From assembly GCA_023954375.1 (NCBI GenBank), contig JAMLIC010000006.1:18972-82971 (forward strand): a stretch of 64,000 nt of DNA. Reading direction: 5' to 3'. The notes below the pieces were generated by a model that was given only the letters and a program-made list of their open reading frames with translations, had not been told where the DNA came from and ran no database searches. The stretch comes from Planctomycetota bacterium. Its GTDB lineage: Bacteria; Planctomycetota; J058. Shown in pieces: positions 9,535-17,307 of this stretch (position 1 is the first letter of the stretch; each line of letters begins with the position of its first letter). The translations under genes and the position numbers were made by a program.

Positions 9535-11307
9535 CTACCGCTCGCCGGCGACGGGCAGCGGCGCGGCCCACAGGCGGCCGGCGAAGCCGGCCGTGGCCGC
9601 CTCGACCGGCTGGCCGGCCCGGACCGCCTCGAACGCGGCCAGGGCGTCGTCGAGCGGGGGCAGGTCGTCGTCGAGCGGCCCCTCGCTCGTGAGGCGCACG
9701 AGCCGGCCGGGATGAGCGCGGGCGAGGTGGCAGGCCCAGCAGCCCGCCAGGAGGCACGGCTTCTGGAGCCCGGGGTCGATGAGGATCATGGACTCGAGCC
9801 GGCCCCGGTCGACGCGCAGGAGGAGGCGGTCGGAGCGCAGGCAGCGGATGGTCGTGCGGCCGTCGAGCGCGTCGCGGACGACGGGGTCGTCGCGGGTGCC
9901 GCCCCAGCCGGTGATGACGTCGAGGCCTTCGCTCACGACGACGACCTCGTCAGGCGGGGGGAGGACGGCGCCGTGCGGCAGGCCCTCGATCACCGTGCCG
10001 GGGCGAGCGACGAAGAACGGCTCGCCGAGGAGGCGGGTCGACCAGCGCACCTCGCCCGGCCCCACGTGGACCACGGTCGCGTGGCGGGGCACCTCGTGCT
10101 CACGCCCCCCTGCGCGCACCCGCCCGGCGCGCAGGTCGACCTCGATGCCGCCCGGCTCGCCGAAGGCGCGCGACAGCCAGCCGCCCGCCCGCAGCGAGAC
10201 GGGCTCCGCCGGCGGGTCGACGATGAGCAGGAGGCGCGGCGCGCGCCCGCGGTGCACCAGCCACGCCCGGAGGCCGTGGTGGTCCTCGAGCGTCCCCAGG
10301 CACCCCTCGCGCGTGAGGGTCCGCACCGGCCCCAGCCAGACGCCGGCGAGCGCGAGGGCCGCGGCGGCCGCCCGGAGCCGGCGGCGCCGCACCCGCGCCC
10401 ACGCGGGGACGCCCTCGCCCACGCGCTCGGCCGGCAGCCGCGCGCGGGCGACCTCGAGCAGCCGCCCCACGGCCTCGGCGCCCGGCCGCGCGACGCGGCG
10501 GCGGCCGGAGGCGAGCTCCAGGTAGAGCGCGCCGGCATCCCCGGACAGGCGGGCGACGTCGGACCAGGGCGCCCGGACGGCGCCCACCGCCAGGCCCGTC
10601 CGGCCGAAGTGGACCCGCAGGCGCCGCGGGAGCAGGAGGACGAGGCCGAGCAGGGCTCCGACGAAGAGGAGCGCGCCGCCCGCGACGGGGTCGCCCCCTC
10701 CCACATCGACCAGCACGAGGGAGACGCCGACGACGATGCCGAGCCCGCAGGCGACGACGAGGAGGAGGCCCGCCGTGAGGCCCCGCCCGCCGCTGGCCGT
10801 CCGCCGGTCGCCGTCGAGTCCCACCAGGACCGCGTCGAGGAGGGCGTGGATGCGGGCGCGCTCGGCCGCATCCCGGGCCGGCACCAGCGGCGGGAAGAGC
10901 AGGCGCGAGAGGCGGTCGTAGGTCGCCGGCGCGTCGAGGAGCACGCCCGCCGGCGAGTCCGCGCGCCCGACGATGTCGTCGACGGCGATGACCACCGCGC
11001 CGCGGCGGACGAGCCCGAGCAGCTCGATCACGACCTGGTCGCGGAGCACGGTCGCCCGCGAGAAGCGCCGCGAGGCCCAGGCGAGCAGCGTCACGCTCAC
11101 CCCCAGGGGGGCGAGCCACAGGGCGAGATCGACGAGCTCGGAGACGACCGCCGGCGACGTGAACGCCAGCGCCTCCGCCACCCGCCCCGCGGCCGCGCTC
11201 ACGGGGGAGGCCATGAGCGGCCCGAGGCACGAGCTCAGGAGGAGCGCCGCGAGGGCGAGCCCGGTCGCGCGGTCCAGCCGTCGCTCGAACACCACCCCCT
11301 CGGCCAT
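9535..11307 (-). CDS. hypothetical polytopic membrane protein, first gene of the membrane-protein/recD2/DUF2233 operon
   Basis: 590-aa ORF. Several hydrophobic helices in the N-terminal half, then a soluble region. Stop 11 nt upstream of the recD2 start on the same strand. Confidence 0.5.
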   Translation of the reverse strand: MAEGVVFERRLDRATGLALAALLLSSCLGPLMASPVSAAAGRVAEALAFTSPAVVSELVDLALWLAPLGVSVTLLAWASRRFSRATVLRDQVVIELLGLVRRGAVVIAVDDIVGRADSPAGVLLDAPATYDRLSRLLFPPLVPARDAAERARIHALLDAVLVGLDGDRRTASGGRGLTAGLLLVVACGLGIVVGVSLVLVDVGGGDPVAGGALLFVGALLGLVLLLPRRLRVHFGRTGLAVGAVRAPWSDVARLSGDAGALYLELASGRRRVARPGAEAVGRLLEVARARLPAERVGEGVPAWARVRRRRLRAAAAALALAGVWLGPVRTLTREGCLGTLEDHHGLRAWLVHRGRAPRLLLIVDPPAEPVSLRAGGWLSRAFGEPGGIEVDLRAGRVRAGGREHEVPRHATVVHVGPGEVRWSTRLLGEPFFVARPGTVIEGLPHGAVLPPPDEVVVVSEGLDVITGWGGTRDDPVVRDALDGRTTIRCLRSDRLLLRVDRGRLESMILIDPGLQKPCLLAGCWACHLARAHPGRLVRLTSEGPLDDDLPPLDDALAAFEAVRAGQPVEAATAGFAGRLWAAPLPVAGER

Positions 11308-11492
11308 GCACGGAGCGTAGCGGGCCCGGGCGCGCGCCGCCGGGTCGCCGCGGCGCCCTCGCCCGGCTGCGGCCTCAAGGCGATCGGTCCGGCGCGGCTC
11401 CCGGCCGCTCGCAGGCTGCGTGCGCGCCCGGACGGGATGGCGGAGGATAGGGGGCGCGCCGCGGGCGCGCCGGGCGCGGGCGAGGGGAGCGG

Positions 11493-14236
11493 ATGGCGCG
11501 GCGGGTCGGACCCTACGAGCTCGAGCGCCGCCTGGGCCGGGGCGGCATGGGCGAGGTGTGGGCGGCCGCCCACGTCGAGACCGGCGCGCGGCACGCCCTC
11601 AAGCTGATCGCCCTGTCCGACGCCGACGCGGCGCTGCGCGCCGCGCGCGAGGCCGAGGCGCTGGCCCGCCTCGACGGCCATCCCGGGGTCCTGCGCGTGC
11701 ACAGCGCCTTCGTCGACGGGCCGCGCGTGGTGCTGGCGATGGAGCTGGTCGAGGGGGGCGAGGACCTGCAGGCCCGTCTCGCGCGCGAGGGGCCGCTCGC
11801 GCCGGAGGCGGCCGCGCGCCTGGTGCGCGACGTGGCGCTGGCGGTGCAGCACGCCCACGACCGCGGCGTCCTCCACCGCGACCTCAAGCCGGGCAACGTG
11901 CTCCTCGACCCCGCCGGCGCGGCGCGCCTGATCGACCTCGGGTTGGCGCGGCTGCTCGACGGGCGCTCGCTGACGCGGACGGGCGACGTCCTGGGGACCC
12001 CGGCCTTCATGGCCCCCGAGCAGGCGCTCGGGCGCCCCTGCAATGCGCGGACCGACGTGTTCGGCCTCGGGGCGGTCCTCTTCGCCGCGCTCACGGGGCG
12101 CGCGCCGCGGCAGGGCGCGCGCACGCCGCTCGAGGCCCTGGCCCGGGCGGCCGAGGAGCCGCCGCCGCGGGCGGACGTCGTCCGACCGGGGGTGCCGCCC
12201 GCCCTGGCGGAGGTCGTCGCGCGGGCCACGGCCCTCGACCCGGCGCGCCGGCACGCCTCGGCCGGCGACCTGGCGCGTGACCTGGACGGCTGGCTCCGCG
12301 CGCCCTCGCTCAGCGGCCGGCGCCTGCGGCCCGGGACGGGGCTCGTCGTCCTCGCCGCGGCCGCGGTGACCCTCGCCGGCGCCGCCGCAGGGCTCGCCGT
12401 CCGACGGGTGGCCGGCGCGCGGGACGCCGCCGCGCGGGACGTCGCCGCCGCGGCCGCCTTCGAGCGCGATGTCGTCGCGCCCTGGGAGCTGGGCCTCCGC
12501 GGCCCGCCGCCCGCCCCGGCGGCGCTCCCCGCCCACGTGGCGGCCGCCGCGCGCGGCGCCGCCGCGCTGACGGCCGGAGAGGGGGCGTCGACGCGCGCGC
12601 TGGCGGGCCGGCTGCGGGCGCTCGCGCCGCTCGTCGGGGGCGCGGCGCCGGACGGCCCGGTCGACCCGCCGCTCGCGGCCCTCGTCGAGGCCGTCCTGGC
12701 CGCGGAGCGGGAGGGGGACGCGACCGGCGCGCGGGCCGCGGCGGTCCTGGCGGCGGGCGCCGCCGGCCCCGACGCGGGCGGCGGCGCTGCGCGTGGCGCT
12801 CGCCGCGCTCCGGCGCGCCGGCGACGCGCCGGGGCGGCGGGCGGCGGGCGCCGCGCTGACCCGGCTCCTCGACTCCCTCCCGTCCGGCGACCCGCTCCGC
12901 CCGGAGCGTCGTGGCGGCCGCGGCCGCCGACGGCTGCCAGCTCGCGGGGTCCATCCGCGACAACATCCGGATCGGTCGTCCCGACGCCACCGACGACGAG
13001 GTCGCCGCCGCCCTGGCCCTCGATGCCGTGGCCGCCGCCCTCGGGGACGTGGCCGTCGAGGCGGTCGCGACGGGCCGCGAGGCGGCGCTCACGACGAACG
13101 CGGCGGTCGCGGCGGGGCGGCTGGTCGCCGCCGCGGGCCGCGCCGGCGCGCCCGACGAGGTGCTGGAGCTGGCGCGCGCGCTCGCCGCCGCTGGCCTGGG
13201 TCCCCTCGGCCGCCCCCCGCCCGCCCTGCAGGAGGCCGCGGAGGCCGCCGCCGCCGCGCTGACGCCGGTCGAGGTCCCGAGGCTGCTCAGGCTCGATGTG
13301 GCGTGGAGCCTCGTCCTCGGCGGGGCGCCGCTCGCGGCGCTCGCGCCCCACACCGGCGCTTCGGTCCCGCCCCAGGCGGACCCGACGGTCGACACGCTCA
13401 GGCACCTCGCCCTCACGCGTCGTATGGGCCTCGCCGACCTGCCCGTCGTCGGCGTCAGCACGCTGGAGCGGAGCGCGGCGATGCCGGCGACCCTGCGCCG
13501 ACCGCCCGTGCGCAGCCGGCTCCTGGCGAGCGTCATCCTGACCCAGCACGCGTGGGCCCTCGCGGACGACGAGGCCCTGGACCTCGCCCGGGTCGCGCTC
13601 GGGGAGGCGGCGGGCGCCCACGACGACCTGAGCGCGAGCGACGACGGGGCCGCGCGCCTCGGCGCCGACGGCGAGGTCTCCGCCCGCGTCCTCCAGGCCC
13701 TCGCCCGGCGCGCGCCGCGCGCGCAGGGCCCGCCGGACCTCGCCCGGGCCGTGCTCGCGCGCTGGGAGCGTCCCGATGCAGGGCTCGCGGCGCCGGTCGT
13801 GGGGGCCGCCCTGAACCTCCTGCGGGACCGGGGAGAGGACGTGTGCGCGCGTCGCGCGCGCCTCATCGCCCGGCTGCACGCGGAGGAGGGCGCAAGACCG
13901 CCGGGGGTCCGTGACGACCTCGCGGCCAGCCAGGAGGCCGAGGCGGTGGAGGACCTGCGGGGCGCGGGGCGGCTGGCGGAGGCGATCGCGGCCGCGGAGG
14001 CCCTCCGTCCGAACGCGGCGCCGGAGCCGACCGCGCGCGCGCACGTGGCGGCGGCCGGCGCCTGCCTCGACCAGGGCGGCGCGGACGCGGTCGCGCGGGC
14101 GGAGGGGTGGCTCGAGCGGGCCCGGGCGGTCGGGCCGAGCGAGGGGCGCGGTCCGGAGGAGAACGAGGTGTGGCTCGAGGACGTGACGGGTGGGGCCTAC
14201 AAGCGCCTCGAGCGCCGGCTCGAGGAGGCGCGCTGA
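11493..14236 (+). pseudogene. Ser/Thr protein kinase, paralog A, with C-terminal helical-repeat domain; reading frame disrupted (~12785 and ~12895), so either a pseudogene or sequence errors
   Basis: N-terminal Hanks kinase in frame 0 (11493..~12780: GRGGMGEVW, HRDLKPGNVLL, DLGLA, APE), then a TM helix. Protein similarity to paralog B continues in frame +1 (12793..) and then frame +2 (12911..14236). No single ORF spans the gene. The C-terminal 440 aa align to the paralog B C-terminus. Confidence 0.55.
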
Positions 14237-14275
14237 CCTCGGGAGGTGACCCTCCGCCTCGATGAGGCCGCGCGG

Positions 14276-17206
14276 TCAGCCCCTCCGCCGTCGCCCCTTG
14301 CCGCTCTTCGCCGGCCCACCCGCCCCCGCGAGCGCCGGCTCGGGCGGCGACCAGGCCTCCTCGGGCAGCGGCTCCAGCCCCAGCAGCGGGGCCAGGAACC
14401 GCCCGGTGTGCGAGCCCGGCGTGCGGGCCACGTCCTCGGGCGTGCCGGCGACGAGGAGCTTGCCGCCGCGCTCGCCGCCCTCGGGGCCGAGGTCCACGAC
14501 CCAGTCGGCGGTCTTCACGATGTCCAGGTTGTGCTCGATCACGACGACGGTGTTGCCGGCGTCGACGAGGCGCGAGAGCACGCCCAGGAGCTTCTTGATG
14601 TCGTCGAAGTGGAGCCCGGTCGACGGCTCGTCGAGCACGTAGAGCGTGCGCCCCGTCGAGCGCTTGCCCAGCTCGCGCGCGAGCTTCACCCGCTGCGCCT
14701 CGCCGCCCGAGAGCGTCGGGCTGGGCTGGCCGAGCGGCATGTAGCCCAGGCCCACGTCGACGAGCGTCTCCAGCAGCCGCGCGATCTTCGGGTGGTTCCG
14801 GAACAGCTCGAGCCCCTCGGCCACCGTCATGTCGAGGACCTGCGCGATCGACTTGCCGCGGTAGGTCACGCGCAGGGTGGCGTCGTTGAAGCGCTTGCCG
14901 TCGCACTCCGAGCACGTCACGTAGACGTCGGCCAGGAAGTGCATCTCGATCTTCTTCACCCCCGAGCCCTCGCAGCCCTCGCAGCGGCCGCCCTTCACGT
15001 TGAAGGAGAAGCGGCCCGGCTTGAAGCCGAACGCGAGCGCCTCCGGCAGCCCGGCGTAGAAGTCGCGGACCTCGTCGAAGACCTTCACGTAGGTGGCCGG
15101 GTTGCTGCGCGGCGTGCGCCCGATCGGCTGCTGGTCGATCGCGATCACGCGGTCGATGTGCTCGACGCCGTCGAGCCGGTCGTGCGCGGCCACGTGGACG
15201 GCCTTGTCGGTGAGCTGGCGCTCGAGGCCGGGCAGGAGGATCTGGTTGACGAGCGTCGACTTCCCCGCGCCCGAGCAGCCCGTGACGCACAGGAACACGC
15301 CCAGCGGGAAGGCCGCGTCGACGCCCTGCAGGTTGTTGGCGCGCGCGCCGACGATCCGGAGCTCGCGCCGGGGGTCGACCGGGCGGCGCCGCGGCGGGGT
15401 CGCGATCTCCAGGTCGCCCGACAGGTACCTGCCCGTGAGCGAGCGCGGGTCGGCCTGGAGCTGCGTCGGCGTGCCGGCGGCCATGACCTGCCCGCCGTCG
15501 CGGCCGGCGCCGGGGCCGAAGTCGATGATCCAGTCCGCGCGCTCGATCGTCTCGCGGTCGTGCTCGACGACGATGATCGTGTTGCCCTTGTCGCGCAGGT
15601 GCTCGAGCGTGTTGATCAGCCGCGACGCGTCGCGCGCGTGGAGCCCGATCGACGGCTCGTCGAGCACGTAGACGACGCCCGACAGCTCCGAGCCGATCTG
15701 CGAGGCGAGCTGGATGCGCTGCGACTCGCCGCCCGAGAGCGACGGCCCCGGCCGCGAGAGCGACAGGTAGTCGAGGCCCACGTCCTCGAGGAAGCGCAGG
15801 CGCGCGCGGATCTCCTTGATGAGCTCGGCCGCGATCTGCCGCTGCTCCTTGCCCAGCCCGTCGTGCAGCCCCTCGACCCAGCGAGACGCGTCGCGCACGC
15901 ACATCTCGCAGATCGCGCCCATGGTCTGCCCGCCCAGGCGCACGGCCGCGCTCTCCGGCCGAAGGCGGCTGCCGCCGCAGGCCCCGCAGGGGCGGTAGCT
16001 GTGGAACGAGGCGTAGTACTTCTGCGCGTCCTCGGACTTGGTCTCGAGCAGCCGGCGCTTGAGCTGCGCCAGCACGCCCTCCCACTTCATGCGGTAGGGG
16101 CGCGAGCCGTTCCAGTGGACGCTGATCGACTGCCTGCCCGCGCCGTGGAGGATCACCTCCTGCGCGCGCGCGGGCAGCTTGCGCCACGGCGCGTCGAGGT
16201 CGATCGAGAACTCCTTCGCGATCGCCGCCACGAGCTTCCCGGTCCAGGTGCCGTCGGCCTCGAGCGACTCCCGCGGCCACACGGCCACGGCGCCCTCGCG
16301 GATCGACTTGCTCGCGTCGGGCACGACGAGCGCCGGGTCCATGTCGAGGCTGTGGCCCAGGCCGTTGCACGAGACGCACATGCCCTGCGGCGAGTTGAAC
16401 GAGAACGACTGCGGCGTCAGGTCGGGGAACGACAGCCCGCAGGCGTCGCACGCCATGCGCTCGGAGTGGATCGCCTCGGTCTTCTGGTCGACGTCGACGA
16501 GGATCAGCCGCCCCTGGCCCAGGCGCAGGGCGGTCTCGACGGAGTCGACGATGCGGTTGCGCAGGCTGTCCTTGACGACGAGGCGGTCGACGACCGCCTC
16601 GAGCGTGTGCTTCTCCTTCTTGTTCAGCGCCGCGAGGCCCTCGAGCTCCTTCACCTCGCCGTCGACGCGCACGCGCACGATGCCCTCGCGGCGCAGGACG
16701 GCCAGCTCCTCCCTGTGCTCGCCCTTCCTGTTCTCGATGCGCGGGGCGAGGACGATGAGCTTCTTGCCGGCCGGCAGCGAGGCGATGCGCCGGCTGATCT
16801 GCTGCGCGCTCTGCGACTCGACGAGCTTGCCGCAGGTCGGGCAGTGCTGGACGCCGACGCGCGCGAAGAGCACGCGCAGGTAGTCGTGGATCTCGGTGAT
16901 CGTGCCCACGGTCGAGCGCGGGTTGACCGACGCCGCCTTCTGCTCGACGGCGATGCTCGGCGAGAGCCCCTGGATCTTGTCGTACTTCGGCTTCTCCTTC
17001 TGGCCCAGGAACTGCCGGGCGTAAGCGGAGAGGCTCTCGACGAAGCGGCGGCGGCCCTCGGCGTAGATCGTGTCGATCGCGAGCGTGGACTTGCCCGAGC
17101 CCGACGGCCCGGTGAAGACCACCAGCTTCTTCTTGGGGATCGAGACGTCGATCCCCTTGAGGTTGTGCTCCCTCGCCCCGAGGACGAGGATCTCCTGCGG
17201 CTCCAC
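14276..17206 (-). CDS. uvrA: excinuclease ABC subunit A (UvrA)
   Basis: 976-aa ORF. Two ABC ATPase modules (GPSGSGKSTL, GCSGAGKSTL; LSGGESQR and LSGGEAQR signatures; DEPSIGLH, DEPSTGLH). Zinc-finger cysteines CPTCGK, CDACG, CEGCEG, CSECDG. Convergent with kinase A (39-bp gap containing a GGAGG-TGAC-CCTCC palindrome). Divergent from kinase B (101 bp). Confidence 0.95.
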   Translation of the reverse strand: MEPQEILVLGAREHNLKGIDVSIPKKKLVVFTGPSGSGKSTLAIDTIYAEGRRRFVESLSAYARQFLGQKEKPKYDKIQGLSPSIAVEQKAASVNPRSTVGTITEIHDYLRVLFARVGVQHCPTCGKLVESQSAQQISRRIASLPAGKKLIVLAPRIENRKGEHREELAVLRREGIVRVRVDGEVKELEGLAALNKKEKHTLEAVVDRLVVKDSLRNRIVDSVETALRLGQGRLILVDVDQKTEAIHSERMACDACGLSFPDLTPQSFSFNSPQGMCVSCNGLGHSLDMDPALVVPDASKSIREGAVAVWPRESLEADGTWTGKLVAAIAKEFSIDLDAPWRKLPARAQEVILHGAGRQSISVHWNGSRPYRMKWEGVLAQLKRRLLETKSEDAQKYYASFHSYRPCGACGGSRLRPESAAVRLGGQTMGAICEMCVRDASRWVEGLHDGLGKEQRQIAAELIKEIRARLRFLEDVGLDYLSLSRPGPSLSGGESQRIQLASQIGSELSGVVYVLDEPSIGLHARDASRLINTLEHLRDKGNTIIVVEHDRETIERADWIIDFGPGAGRDGGQVMAAGTPTQLQADPRSLTGRYLSGDLEIATPPRRRPVDPRRELRIVGARANNLQGVDAAFPLGVFLCVTGCSGAGKSTLVNQILLPGLERQLTDKAVHVAAHDRLDGVEHIDRVIAIDQQPIGRTPRSNPATYVKVFDEVRDFYAGLPEALAFGFKPGRFSFNVKGGRCEGCEGSGVKKIEMHFLADVYVTCSECDGKRFNDATLRVTYRGKSIAQVLDMTVAEGLELFRNHPKIARLLETLVDVGLGYMPLGQPSPTLSGGEAQRVKLARELGKRSTGRTLYVLDEPSTGLHFDDIKKLLGVLSRLVDAGNTVVVIEHNLDIVKTADWVVDLGPEGGERGGKLLVAGTPEDVARTPGSHTGRFLAPLLGLEPLPEEAWSPPEPALAGAGGPAKSGKGRRRRG

Positions 17207-17307
17207 GCCGACCCCCTGCTGTGCGGCTCGATCTCGGCGGCGCGGCCGGCCGAGATGGCGGAAGATAGCACGGGCCGTCGCGAGCGCGACGGGCGCGGAC
17301 GGGGCGG

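Noticed and set aside
9712-11607. 631-aa and other long ORFs (10100..11311, 11235..12536, 11513..14044, 13863..19031) in the kinase/uvrA region
   Set aside because: Arg/Gly/Pro/Ala low-complexity translations on the wrong strand or frame relative to genes with strong motifs. These are typical spurious ORFs of ~75% GC DNA.
11493-13262. Treating kinase A as two separate overlapping genes (kinase 11493..13262 and a second gene 12911..14236)
   Set aside because: The two ORFs overlap by 350 nt in different frames. Together with the short frame +1 segment (12793..) they reconstruct, colinearly, the single paralog-B protein. A frameshifted single gene is more parsimonious.
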